Shown: one piece after another, positions 27,472-39,100 of the stretch
Layout: every line of letters starts with the position of its first letter
Position numbering within the stretch: position 1 is the stretch's first letter
Assembly: GCA_963663475.2 (NCBI GenBank)
Contig: CAXXJV010000001.1
Location: 1,568,001-1,632,000, forward strand
DNA length: 64,000 bases
Source: Candidatus Cloacimonadales bacterium
GTDB lineage: Bacteria; Cloacimonadota; Cloacimonadia; Cloacimonadales; JAFGVF01
Direction of reading: 5' to 3'
The notes under the pieces: generated by a model
The model's database searches: none
The model's input: only the letters and a program-made list of their open reading frames with translations
What the model was told of the DNA's origin: nothing
Program-made: the position numbers and the translations under genes

Positions 27472-30402
27472 ATGAAACTGTATGTAACGATTATTTTTGT
27501 TTTATTGACTAGTCTTTTAATTAGTCACACTGTGTGGGAACAACCTTTAAAAATTAGACAAGCTGGTCAACTAGAGTGGCCTCAATCATCTGTTACAACA
27601 GAGGATAATGAAATTATTCATGCTTGGTCTGAACAGCAATCTGGTCAATTAGATCTTTTCGCAATGAAGTATGATAATGTAGGAAACCCTGTCTGGGGTG
27701 ATGAAGCTATTTTAGTTGCAGAATCTGCTAATAATCAGTATAATTCAAAAGTAATTACTAGTAATGATGGTGGAATTATACTTATCTGGATAGAAAATAT
27801 AAGTCCATTACAAATCAGGGGTCAAAAGCTCGATGCTGAAGGGAATAGACTTTGGTCTGATCAAGGTATTCTAATTAGTGATTCTTGTAATGAAGATTTT
27901 TCTCATTTATTATCACTTTTGCCAAATGAAAATGGTGGAGCTATTGTATCATGGATTCAAGATACTAATCGACAAGCTATAAGTTTAGATGATAATGGTG
28001 ATAATCAATGGACAGAGGGTGGCATAAATCTTGGACCTGTTTATGAGACTAATCTACTTGAAACTGATGGGTTTGGAGGACTAGTATTTATTTCAATTCT
28101 CAATAGCAAACCAGATTCTTTTGATTCTATTAGCATAAAAAGAATAGGGGCTTCAGGTGATCTATTATGGAATGAAAGTGTTGACTTACCAATGCAGGAA
28201 GTCTATAGTAGAAGATTACAAATAATTTATGATAATATTGATAGCTATTATCTTATCGCTGGTGATTCTGAAGATAGCTTAGTAGGATTTAACATCAAAA
28301 AAGTATCCTTAACAGGCCAAATCAGCCCAAATCATATCTTTTTACCAGTTGCAGATTCAAATTTAGGATTTATCCCAGCATACTACTCAACTAATGGCAT
28401 TGGAGATTTATTCGTAATAAGCTATTCAAATTTTATTTTGGATGGTGTTGATGATTCTATTCTTGCTTTTAGGATAAATTCAGACTTGAATCATGTTTGG
28501 AATGAAAGTGGTATTTCTATAAATAACATAAGTACAATTTATTTTAATTCAATGACTTTACATGCCTTAGATTCAGGAGACTTATTTTTTGTTAATATGG
28601 CATCTAGTCAAGATTATCCAGATTTTGAAAATGATGTTAATCTTTATATGATTACTTCAGAGGGAAATCTAGTAAATGATGGAGCTGGCTTGTTAATCAG
28701 CCAAAATCAATCTATGCGTTTTTCCCCATTTTTAAACTTTGAAGATGATTTGTTCATTGCTTGGGGGGAAGTTACTGCTGATAATTATGAATTAAAACAA
28801 AAAGTTTTAGATAGTAACTTACAGTCATTAACTTCAGAAGAGAATGAATGTGTAAGCCAAATATTAGTAGGTTCAGTATATTATGATAATTACGTGAGCT
28901 TTCCTCTTGCAGATTCAGACCAAACACTTGTAATTTGGTTAGATAGTAAGTTAGTTCAATATAATAAAATTAAGTATCAAATTATCAATTCTGATGGTAG
29001 TGTAGAGTTTGCTAACAATGGTATAGATATAGCAGACTTTTCACTCAATACTTTTAATCAAAATGATATAGACAGCTTTAAGGCTAGTCAAAATGATGCT
29101 GGCCAAATTTGCATAGTCTGGGAATCACAGTTTTTAGAAAATCATATAAAAAGTAGGCTAATTGATACAGATGGTTCTCTTTTAGGTAATGATAGTGGTC
29201 AAGATGTACTTGTCTTGAACCCTAATGAATACATAAGTAATATTGAATTAAGTTCATACAATAACGCCTTTTACTTAACCTATATGATAGACGCGAACCC
29301 TAATAGAAGTATATATTCAAAAATGTCTAGCAATGGTTATGAATGGGGACAAGCAAACCTAATAGACTCTTATACCGGCTCTCCTCTAAGTATTTTTGAA
29401 ATAAACAAGACTATCAACAATTACTGTATTGTTAAAAAAAGTAATTTACTATACTATATATATATGCTTGGTGAAGATGGATCTGTCTCTGCATCTAATC
29501 ACCTTCAAACTGGTTATGATTATAACTTCGATTGTGATTCTAATAATAATCTTTTCTTCACTTGGTATGGAGTTGGAAAAGTATATCTTCAAGCTATTAC
29601 AGAGTCTGATCAACAATATTGGAATAGCCCAGTTCAAGTTTCCTATGAAGGTCCAGATGATAATGTTCAAGCAAGATTCCCGCAACTTCTTGTAACAGAT
29701 TCTGGGATTAATGTCTTATGGAGTCAACCTGCTCAAGGACCTAGTATTGAACTCAGAGCTCAGAAAATAGATTACTCAGGTAATAAGCTTTGGCCTCAAG
29801 CAGGTAATGTGATTTCTACTATGGATATGGACTTTAATTTGACTCTTATGGAAGAGATAAATGGTGGGTATTTTATCACTGGTTGGAGAGATTATTCTAC
29901 TATCTCAGACAATTATCAGATAAGTATCATTGATTCTAATGGACAAATTGCTTATAGTGATAATTCATCTGCCTTTACTGGACTCGATAATCACAGCAAT
30001 ACCATAAAGGTTACTAATCTTGTTAATGATGAAATTTTTACAACTTGGGTTTATAGAGGAGGTCTCTACGGACAGAAAGTAGATTTTACTCTTGTAGACA
30101 ATGATGACAACGATGTTGATATTATTACTAATAATTTACTGTTCAATTATCCTAATCCTTTTAATCCTCAAACAAATATAGCTTTTACTCTTCCTACTTC
30201 AGGAAATGTCTCTATTGATATCTATAATTTAAAAGGACAAAAGGTAAAAGAACTTGTAAATGATAATTACAGCTCTGGTAGATATAGTGTTCTATGGGAT
30301 GGTAAAGATGATAATAATAAACAAGTAGCTTCTGGAGTCTATCTCTATAAAATGAGAAGTGGAAAGTATAGCTCAACCAAAAAAATGATTCTAATGAAAT
30401 AG
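27472..30402 (+). CDS. Secreted beta-rich repeat protein with T9SS-type CTD
   Basis: GGAGG RBS and signal peptide; repeated GGxIxxW / QKLDAEGNRLW units; NYPNPFNP...KKMILMK. Confidence 0.85.
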   Translation: MKLYVTIIFVLLTSLLISHTVWEQPLKIRQAGQLEWPQSSVTTEDNEIIHAWSEQQSGQLDLFAMKYDNVGNPVWGDEAILVAESANNQYNSKVITSNDGGIILIWIENISPLQIRGQKLDAEGNRLWSDQGILISDSCNEDFSHLLSLLPNENGGAIVSWIQDTNRQAISLDDNGDNQWTEGGINLGPVYETNLLETDGFGGLVFISILNSKPDSFDSISIKRIGASGDLLWNESVDLPMQEVYSRRLQIIYDNIDSYYLIAGDSEDSLVGFNIKKVSLTGQISPNHIFLPVADSNLGFIPAYYSTNGIGDLFVISYSNFILDGVDDSILAFRINSDLNHVWNESGISINNISTIYFNSMTLHALDSGDLFFVNMASSQDYPDFENDVNLYMITSEGNLVNDGAGLLISQNQSMRFSPFLNFEDDLFIAWGEVTADNYELKQKVLDSNLQSLTSEENECVSQILVGSVYYDNYVSFPLADSDQTLVIWLDSKLVQYNKIKYQIINSDGSVEFANNGIDIADFSLNTFNQNDIDSFKASQNDAGQICIVWESQFLENHIKSRLIDTDGSLLGNDSGQDVLVLNPNEYISNIELSSYNNAFYLTYMIDANPNRSIYSKMSSNGYEWGQANLIDSYTGSPLSIFEINKTINNYCIVKKSNLLYYIYMLGEDGSVSASNHLQTGYDYNFDCDSNNNLFFTWYGVGKVYLQAITESDQQYWNSPVQVSYEGPDDNVQARFPQLLVTDSGINVLWSQPAQGPSIELRAQKIDYSGNKLWPQAGNVISTMDMDFNLTLMEEINGGYFITGWRDYSTISDNYQISIIDSNGQIAYSDNSSAFTGLDNHSNTIKVTNLVNDEIFTTWVYRGGLYGQKVDFTLVDNDDNDVDIITNNLLFNYPNPFNPQTNIAFTLPTSGNVSIDIYNLKGQKVKELVNDNYSSGRYSVLWDGKDDNNKQVASGVYLYKMRSGKYSSTKKMILMK

Positions 30403-30418
30403 TATAATGTGATTTCTT

Positions 30419-30452
30419 ATGCCTACTCTTTAACAGGGTAGGCATTTTTTTT
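30419..30452 (+). terminator. Intrinsic terminator
   Basis: ATGCCTACTCT-N5-AGGGTAGGCAT followed by a T run. Confidence 0.8.
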
Positions 30453-30586
30453 GCTTATTAAGAATGTCTCTCTTCTAAGTTAATTTTTCAGAGACTAATC
30501 TATAATTAAAATAAATGTAATTTATTTATTGACATAATTGACATTAAATACAATATGCATATTATTAAAATTAAAGGCCTGTCATC

Positions 30587-31486
30587 ATGAAAGAAATTAA
30601 AGAATATTTGAATGAGTTGGATAAAATAAGGATAGAACTTGCTAGTTTACAATATCAGCAAGAAAAGACTTACCAGACTCTTATTGATAGCATAATGATT
30701 AATTGTAGAACAGATGTTCATCCTCTTGTTTTAGAACATCTTAATAGAACTAAATGGATTAGAAAGGTAGGTTATTGGGTTCATGATGTAAATAAGAAAA
30801 TATTTATGGGTACAAGGGAATTGCTACAGTTTATGGGAGCAAACCCTATGCAGGAAACATTTACAGAAGAAGACTTCTTCTCCTTAATCCATAAAGATGA
30901 TCTTGATAGAATTACTCAAAGTTACTCTCAAGATATATTTGCCCATGCCGATAGAGCTTCAGCTTATAGGATTATTAATCTTAATTCTCAACTGAAATAT
31001 GTTATCTCACACTTCTCATGTAAGTATGATGAAGATGATAAGCCTAATCAAGTTACAGGAATTCTTTTTGAGATACCTCAAAGTGATACTGAACATTATT
31101 ATAAACCAGTAGAATCAAATAATGATTTAATTAGATTTAATATGGGGGTTGGTTTCTGGGAGTATAATCCTAACAATAGCCAGGAATACTGGTCGGCTAG
31201 TCTCTATGATATTATTGAAACTAGTCCTCAAGAATGCCCTCCTAGTCTAGCATCATTAAAAGGACTAATTTCTGAATCCTATCTCAGCAAATCAATTGAT
31301 ACTATTATTGAAAAAAATAATGCTAATATTGATTATGAACTAGCTTTTATGATAAAAACTTTCAAAGGTAGAGAAAAATATCTTTTTTCTCAAGTGCACC
31401 ATCTAGTAGATTTTGATGGTAAGTTAGTAAAAAGATATGGTCTGATTTATGATATAACTAAAATGAAAAATTTATTGATTAAATAA
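30587..31486 (+). CDS. PAS-domain-only protein
   Basis: Two PAS_3-like units (VGYW...LIHKDD; GVGFWEY...YGLIYDIT) after an N-terminal coiled coil; no output domain. Confidence 0.75.
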   Translation: MKEIKEYLNELDKIRIELASLQYQQEKTYQTLIDSIMINCRTDVHPLVLEHLNRTKWIRKVGYWVHDVNKKIFMGTRELLQFMGANPMQETFTEEDFFSLIHKDDLDRITQSYSQDIFAHADRASAYRIINLNSQLKYVISHFSCKYDEDDKPNQVTGILFEIPQSDTEHYYKPVESNNDLIRFNMGVGFWEYNPNNSQEYWSASLYDIIETSPQECPPSLASLKGLISESYLSKSIDTIIEKNNANIDYELAFMIKTFKGREKYLFSQVHHLVDFDGKLVKRYGLIYDITKMKNLLIK

Positions 31487-31565
31487 TATAACTAAAGAAA
31501 AATAAAATTTGGTCTGAAGCTTAACTTCTCTAATATATATAACATAAGACCTTTGAGAGGTGATA

Positions 31566-34500
31566 ATGAAGTTATATATATTTATCTTTATTTTTCTGAT
31601 TATTCTTGGATTGCATAGTGAAGAATATCTTTATGAATATAAAGACTTGCCTGAATTAAGAAGAGCTCATTACAATGTTACTGGTCAAGCAAATCTAGAA
31701 TATAAAGTTTTAGAATTTATTCTTCCCATAGAAGAAGACCTTGTTTCTGTCGAGATTTATAACCCTAGCTATAAAACTAGTCAAAAACATATTGCCTTGT
31801 ATCCAGGTGATGCTAGTATAAGTCAGGGCTTTATAGCTAATCAAGTAAATAACCTATCAGCTCAATTTCCCACTTCTACCCAAGTAACCTTTTCTAATTA
31901 TTTCAAACGAGGTATAAAGATTGCCCTAATTAAAATTCCTCATCAGATTTATAGATATGCAAGCAAAGAACTTGATATTTTAGATGATGGGCTAATAAAA
32001 ATCACTACTTCAGTTAACAGTCCGAAAGATAGAAACTATGATTTTCTAACTAACGAATCTGATTTTAACAAGATAACAAAAGGTAAAATTTTACCAAAGA
32101 GGGTAAAAGAAGCTTATCTTTCCTCTTACTTAAGACCAAGCAGTTCTGTGAGAAACACTTTAAACATTGATCCTGCTGAAATGTTAATTATTTCACCTGC
32201 CACTTTACTTGATTCATGGAGCCTTTATGCAGATTATAAAAGTAGTTTAGGAAGAGAAAGTCAAGTAGTTAACATTTCGAATATTATTTCTTCTTATAGC
32301 GGACGTGATAATGCTGAGAAATTAAGGAACTTTCTGATTGAAGTTTACAGTGAATGGTCTAGTAATGATATTCCCTTGACCTATGTTATATTAGGAGGAG
32401 ATTATAATCTAGTTCCTTCTAGGCAATTAAGGATAAGAGCATCCTATAACTCTGCTTGGCATAGTAATAATATCTATTCAGATCTATATTTTTCTGCTTT
32501 AGATGGAGATTGGGATAATGATGGTGATAATCTCTTTGGTGAAGGAGATGCTAGCCAGGATGTTCAAGCTACTGGTAGCAATGGGGAAGAGGCAGACCTA
32601 TACGGAGAAATATATGTTGGCCGTATCCCTGTTGAAAACAGTGATGAGTTGGAAAACTGGATAAACAAACAAACAGATTATGAATCCAATCAAGTTTCTG
32701 AGCAATTCTTTGAAAAAGTTCTACTTCTGGGTGAGTATTTAGGTTCCTCTGTATATGGTGGTCCTGCAATGAATGAAGTAGCTAATTATCTTGCTGATTA
32801 TTCTTTAGAGACTTTATATTCACAAAATGGAACTTTCTCTGAAAGTGGACTAACTAACGCTATCAATAATAACCTTTCTCAGGTTCATCATCTTGGGCAT
32901 GGTTCAAGTTCAGCAGTTTTTTCAATTGATAATAATGATATTACAAATAACTTTATAAATCAAGATTATCCTTTTATCTATACCCAAGGTTGCCATACAG
33001 CTAACTTTAGTGTTAATGATGCTATTGGTGAAAGTTTTATTCTCAATCAGAGAGGAGCTTTTGCTTATATTGGTAATACCTCCTATGGCTTCTATTCAAG
33101 CTTTGAAAATCAAGGACCTTCTCAACTATTTCATCGTGAATTTGTAGATGCTTTTACTAATGAAAATCACACTAGTTTAGGGATTATTCACATGGATGGG
33201 AAAGAAGACTTAGTTGGAATTACTGATCAAACTGGCACTAGACGTTATGTCTATTTTGATAATGTTCTTTTAGCTGACCCTTCTACTAGCTTAATACAAG
33301 ATAGTGAAAAAGTAAGAGTTGAGCAAGTATCAGATAATGCTATAAGGCTTTCCTTCTCCTCCACTATGAGTGACCAGGCTTTGAATATAGCTAATTATGG
33401 AGTCTATCAAAGAGATAATCCTTCTATAAACTACCCTCTTGAATCTATCTCACAGCTAGCTAATGCCTACTACTTAAATTTCACTAATGATCTTCCAGCT
33501 GGTATTCCTCTTAGAATTAGCATTGAAAATATCCCCAACCTCTTGAATCCTACTTTAAAATTAGTTGAACCCTTATATACCATAAAAGAATCTTCTATTA
33601 TTACACCTACTATCTGGTTAGCCGAAGAATCACCTATTTATGTTTATAAGCATCAGATCATCAATAGTAATCTTACAATTGAAGCAGGAACAGAAGTAAG
33701 AATCAATAGTGGGAAAAGCTTTTACATTTACTGGGGGGGTGAAATCAGGGTTGAAGGTGATTCTTTAAACTATGTTACTTTTACTTCTTACTCTGATGAT
33801 CCCAATCAGGATGATAAATGGACTGATATTACTATCATGATGGACCCTTCACCAAACTCTTATGTGAATTATGCCATGATTAAGAATAGTCAAAGCGGTA
33901 TTTGGCTGGATTCCTTATCTACAATTTCCTTAAACCATGTTCGCTTTAGGGATAACCAAGACTATGGAATCTATGCTAAGTATTCTAATATTCAAGCGAA
34001 TTATCTAGAGTTTTCAGCTATGATAAACAGTCAAGCTGGAGCTTTAAGAATTATCGGAGGAAATGCTAATCTTAATCATCTTACCTCGGCTGAGAATGGA
34101 GGTTGGGAATTAATCGTAACAGATTCTGCAAATGTGAATATTACTAATAGTATAATCTGGGGACAATCTTTCTTGGATAGTGAATTTATCAGCATAGATT
34201 ATTCAATCTTACCAACAGTTGAGGCTGGAACTAATAATCTTAGCTTAGATCCATTATTTATTTCTTCTAGTAATTTAAGACTTCAAACTAATTCTCCAGC
34301 TATTAATAGTGGAGATTCGAGTGAACTAGATCCTGATGATACTATTACAGATAGAGGTTTTTGGTACTATCATTACCCAAATAGTTTTTCAGCCCAAGTA
34401 TTAGCTGATTCTTCTCCTAAGCAAATCCAATTCACTAACCTATCATTAGGAGATTATGATTCAATAGAGTGGGATTTTAATAATGATGGACTTTGGGATT

Positions 34501-34862
34501 CTAGTCAAATCAATCCTCAGCATACCTATCTTACTGAAGGAACTTTTTCTATTAAGATGCGATTAACTAAAGACACATTTCAACAAGATATCTTACTTAG
34601 TGATTTAATAGACCAGACCTTTAACCCTTTGCTAATAAACTTCCCGCTTAGTATCTCAAAACAGGCTGATGCTATGCAAGTTACTTGGCAAGAAGTCCCT
34701 AACTCAGATTTGTATAAGATAACTTCTACAACAGATATAAATTCTCCCTTTACCCCGTTATTGATCCAAGCAGAAAACACCTTTATCAGACAAGTTGGTC
34801 AAAATCCAAGAGAATTTTATCAAGTACAGGCTCTTGAACAAATTATAAATATTGCTGATTAG
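31566..34862 (+). CDS. C25 (gingipain-family) cysteine peptidase with beta-helix and PKD domains
   Basis: YVILGGD, SDLYFSALDGDW, EIYVGRIP, HLGHG and QGC dyad; PKD motif WDFNNDG...NPQHTY. Confidence 0.87.
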   Translation: MKLYIFIFIFLIILGLHSEEYLYEYKDLPELRRAHYNVTGQANLEYKVLEFILPIEEDLVSVEIYNPSYKTSQKHIALYPGDASISQGFIANQVNNLSAQFPTSTQVTFSNYFKRGIKIALIKIPHQIYRYASKELDILDDGLIKITTSVNSPKDRNYDFLTNESDFNKITKGKILPKRVKEAYLSSYLRPSSSVRNTLNIDPAEMLIISPATLLDSWSLYADYKSSLGRESQVVNISNIISSYSGRDNAEKLRNFLIEVYSEWSSNDIPLTYVILGGDYNLVPSRQLRIRASYNSAWHSNNIYSDLYFSALDGDWDNDGDNLFGEGDASQDVQATGSNGEEADLYGEIYVGRIPVENSDELENWINKQTDYESNQVSEQFFEKVLLLGEYLGSSVYGGPAMNEVANYLADYSLETLYSQNGTFSESGLTNAINNNLSQVHHLGHGSSSAVFSIDNNDITNNFINQDYPFIYTQGCHTANFSVNDAIGESFILNQRGAFAYIGNTSYGFYSSFENQGPSQLFHREFVDAFTNENHTSLGIIHMDGKEDLVGITDQTGTRRYVYFDNVLLADPSTSLIQDSEKVRVEQVSDNAIRLSFSSTMSDQALNIANYGVYQRDNPSINYPLESISQLANAYYLNFTNDLPAGIPLRISIENIPNLLNPTLKLVEPLYTIKESSIITPTIWLAEESPIYVYKHQIINSNLTIEAGTEVRINSGKSFYIYWGGEIRVEGDSLNYVTFTSYSDDPNQDDKWTDITIMMDPSPNSYVNYAMIKNSQSGIWLDSLSTISLNHVRFRDNQDYGIYAKYSNIQANYLEFSAMINSQAGALRIIGGNANLNHLTSAENGGWELIVTDSANVNITNSIIWGQSFLDSEFISIDYSILPTVEAGTNNLSLDPLFISSSNLRLQTNSPAINSGDSSELDPDDTITDRGFWYYHYPNSFSAQVLADSSPKQIQFTNLSLGDYDSIEWDFNNDGLWDSSQINPQHTYLTEGTFSIKMRLTKDTFQQDILLSDLIDQTFNPLLINFPLSISKQADAMQVTWQEVPNSDLYKITSTTDINSPFTPLLIQAENTFIRQVGQNPREFYQVQALEQIINIAD

Positions 34863-34927
34863 ATTTGGTATTGACAGCTTAACTATTTATGTTTAATTGT
34901 CCTTGATTAATAAAATAAGGATGAAAC

Positions 34928-36040
34928 ATGAATTATATAATTACTGGAGATACATATAATAGTAAATTTATTGAAGACCTAGCAAAACGTGAAGATATTA
35001 TAGCTATGACAGGGCAAGAGCTCTTAGCAAGCGATTTATATTTTAATAAAGAAGATAAGGTATATGTTCCTTCTGAAACATCTTTAAGTATTGTTATGGA
35101 TAGAATGCAAGACCAAGAATATGTTCAAGGAATTAACAAACTCAAGAATAAATATTTCTGTAGACAAGTTATAGCCCCACTTTATCCAGATTTTTACTTT
35201 GCTAAGGCCTCTTTAGCTGATATCCCCAATCTTGACTTACAAGGTAAGAAAGTGATTATTAAACCTCTCAAAGGCTTCTTTGGTACTGGAGTTAGACAAG
35301 CTGATTCTACTACTGACTTAGTAAAACTTGCCCAAGAAATGGAAGCAGAAGTTAAAGCTTCAGCTAAGTTCTTTCCTGAATCTATCTTGACTCAAAATGA
35401 ATATATTATTGAAGAGTATATTGAAGGTCAGGAGTTCGCTGTTGATATGTTCTTTGACCAAGAGGGTAATCCTGCTATAATGAATATCTACTTCCATCCT
35501 CAACCAGCTGTCTCAGACTACTTTCATCTTTTGTATTACACAAATAAAGGGATATTTGAAGATTACTCAGCTACTTTTATTAACTTCTTTAAAGAATTAA
35601 ATAAGATTATGCAATTAAAATCATTTCCTATTCATGCTGAATTTAAACTTCAAGCTGGAGTAATGGTGCCTATTGAACTTAATCCTATGAGATACGGTGG
35701 CTTTGGTCTGTCTGACTTAACTTATAATAGCTTCCAACTCCAACCAATTACTGCTTACTTTGATAATGTTCACCCAAACTGGTCTGCAATTTGGGATATT
35801 AGAAAAGAGAACAACTATGCTTGGATTTTAGCTTATAATGGTAAAGATATTGATATTGAAGAATTTCCCCCTAATCATGATAAGTTCTTAGCTTACCTTG
35901 AAGATAATAGCCAGCTAATTGATTATGTTAAGCTAGATCATAAAAGCAACCCTGTTTTTGCTTTAGCTTATGTTTATAATCAAAACTTAAGCAAACTTAC
36001 ACAACTACTTGATACAGAGTTTAATAACTTTTTTGATTAA
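34928..36040 (+). CDS. ATP-grasp domain protein
   Basis: KNKYFCR, IIKPLKGFFGTGV, IIEEYIEGQEFAVD, HAEF and IELNPMR motifs. Confidence 0.85.
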   Translation: MNYIITGDTYNSKFIEDLAKREDIIAMTGQELLASDLYFNKEDKVYVPSETSLSIVMDRMQDQEYVQGINKLKNKYFCRQVIAPLYPDFYFAKASLADIPNLDLQGKKVIIKPLKGFFGTGVRQADSTTDLVKLAQEMEAEVKASAKFFPESILTQNEYIIEEYIEGQEFAVDMFFDQEGNPAIMNIYFHPQPAVSDYFHLLYYTNKGIFEDYSATFINFFKELNKIMQLKSFPIHAEFKLQAGVMVPIELNPMRYGGFGLSDLTYNSFQLQPITAYFDNVHPNWSAIWDIRKENNYAWILAYNGKDIDIEEFPPNHDKFLAYLEDNSQLIDYVKLDHKSNPVFALAYVYNQNLSKLTQLLDTEFNNFFD

Positions 36041-36108
36041 AGTAGAGTAGATTAGAGACAGGTACCCTGCCTCTACTTTACTTAGAACTCAAGTCTGGTG
36101 GAAATTAT

Positions 36109-36142
36109 TAAAGGGGTGGACTTTGTAGTCCACCCCTTTTAA
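36109..36142. terminator. Bidirectional terminator
   Basis: AAAGGGGTGGACT-TTGT-AGTCCACCCCTTTT between convergent genes. Confidence 0.85.
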
Positions 36143-36174
36143 ATAGATGCTTGCAAGAGCAAATCTTGCTAGGA

Positions 36175-39100
36175 TTATTTCATAAGGATAGCTTTACTAG
36201 TTTTAGTATAATCATCAGTTTCAATTCTGATAAAATAGATACCAGATGATACTGGTCTATTTTGATTATTTCTTCCATTCCATATTGTCTTATGATTTCC
36301 TCTAGCTTTATATTCATTTAAGAGGTCTTTAACTAATTGACCTTTAAGGTTATAAATCTTTAGTTTTACATTTGTTCCCTTAGCAATACTATAAGCAATA
36401 TTGGTTACAGGATTAAATGGATTTGGATAATTGCCATGTAGTTTAGTTACCATATTAACATCATTAATCTCATTATCTGTGCCTGTCATATAATCTACTA
36501 CTACAATATTAGACAAGTTACTGAGGTCTTCTTGATAGACAGCTCTAAGACGATAAGAGTAGATATCAGCTTTAGGAAGTACATGTGTGTGTGGGCTGTC
36601 TGTTACTTGAGCTAATTCTTGCCACTCACCAGTATTAATTTTCTCTTCTAGTATGAAATAGGACAATTCATCGTCTGTATCTTCCTCATAATCCCAGTTG
36701 AGACTTAGTATTGAATCTTGGAGAGTATGTGCTAGATTTGCAGGCGAGTTCAAGTAATTCAAACTAAGGTCATGATTAACTAATTGATTAGAGTTAATAT
36801 TAAACAAAGGAAGAGAAGCATTACGATAACCAGCTAGATTGTAGAGAACTTCATAGGAAGCCAAAGGTAATATTGCTTTATAGTTACCCTCACTTTGAGG
36901 TGAGAGAGTGTAGTCAGAAATAGTAATATCTACTAAATTTGCTTGTCCTGACCCACCATTGAGGCTAAGATTACCAGTGAAAACAAATGATTCCTGAACA
37001 GCTCCACCAATCACAATATCATCAATAAACCATCCATCTTCAGATACCATGAAGTCAGAGGCAAAGACGAAACCAAACTTAACTGATTGTCCATGTAAAT
37101 CTTCAGGAAGAAGCATGTTGACTTGTGTCCAAGAATTTATTCCACCAGAAAAACCAGGACCACCTAAAGCAGATACATTCTGAGTAGGGTAACCTGATTG
37201 AGGTTGTAAGATAGTAGAATAATTATCACCTTCAACTTGGGCAATAACACGTCCTCCGTCATAGTTTGATTCTATCTCGTAAATATGCCAGAAATTAAAA
37301 GTAGTGGCAGGATTTACATCAATGTAGTCTGTCCAAGCTATAGCTGAAATATTATCAGGATAATAAGAATTCAAGCTTGTTGCCAATAGATTATCACCAT
37401 TATGACCTGAAGTGAAAGTAGATGTTCCTATTTCCCAAGGACTTTGCAATGTTATAGGGGAAACTTGATCTTCAAAATCAATGACCATTTCACTTGTATT
37501 TAAGACCATTGTATAATCTTGGTTAAGAATTTCTTGTCCACCCTGACTTGCTATTAAAGAAAATTCAAATATTTCATTTTCGGAAGCATTAGCAGAGATA
37601 AGTCCCTTAAAGACAATTTGCTGTAAAGAAGCTGGTCTAAGTCTAATGTCTTCGTATGAAGAATTTAACAGATTGATATTAGGATTAGAGCATTCAATAC
37701 TTACGTTATCTAAATAACCATCTACCAATCCTGAATTCCTAATATCCCAAGCAATAGAGATTTCTTCTCCAGCTTCAGGTATAAAGTTGTTGTTACCCGT
37801 TTCTTGGTAATCATTTATAATCACATTTTCGGAAGTAAAAGTTGCTTTGGAAATAGTTAAATTGATTTCCTTATAGAATCTATAACTATTATCGCCTGCA
37901 ATTTCCATGTTAAGAGTTATGATTTCACCATTAGACATATCTTCATTTAATTCAAAGGTGAAGTACTCTCTACTATAAACCGCTTGGTCCATTATTAAGT
38001 CTTCAAAAAGACTATGATCATTCAATATTGTTACTCTTGGGTCAGAACAAGTAATAGTTGCTGAAGTATTCTCTAGAGGGGTAATAGCAGTATTTAACAG
38101 AGCTACTCCCACCCTGATATCTTCACCTACCTGGTAAATATTATCTTCAACTTCTTCAACAATAGTTAAATCATAAATATTGATATTTGGTTCAAGCAGA
38201 AGAACAGGCTTAGTAGTTATGAATAAGGCCATACCATCTTCTAATTCATGAGCTCCAGCTGGATAATTTTGATTATAGCTATATTCTAATCCCATTGTTC
38301 CACAAGGAGATTCTATACCGATACTGGCATAGTTACCGTGCCATGGAGTATAAGAACCAGGATTTCCATTATCTACATTATTAAAGACTTTATATTGGAT
38401 TTTTGCAGTTCCTTGATTAAGAGAAGATGCATATCTTTGAGGATTATAGAGAATCAACTGGAAGGTTTCTTCAGCTGGATTATTAGCAGAACCATTAATC
38501 ATTTCATCCCACTGGATTACAAAATAATCTTCCTGACTATCAAAATAGGTATAGATTCCTGAATTATCATTCATATGCATATCATCCCAGAAAGGAGCTA
38601 TCATGCCATTTGGACCTAAAGCACCAGGCAGTCTCCAGTTTCTAAATTCACCATTACTATTAGCACCAAAGGAAATAAAACCGTTTGAACAAACTGTTAT
38701 CTGATTATAAGCTTGACCATAGTAGATAAATTGGAAAGGTAAATCAACTGTATCGGTTGAATTTGAGCCAACACCATCACCTTCACCCTGAGCATCAGGA
38801 TCATAAATATCTAATTCTGTTCCTGAACCACCATTACTTGGAGCAATTTCAATCCATTCATAGCTAGGACAATCTGGATAATCAAGGTCATTAGAATCAT
38901 ATATTACATAGCCAAACATATCTGGTCCTAAAGGAGAAGTATTTCCATTTTCTCCAAAAGTTATTGGGAACTGTGCTTCTTGATAAAAATTAACCTCGTT
39001 ATCCAGCTTCAAGATACATTCAGTTGTCATACCAGGGAACATATCAATTGCTGAAGAGATCTGGAAATCTAGTGTTTGACTTTGGTTACTAGCTAAACTT

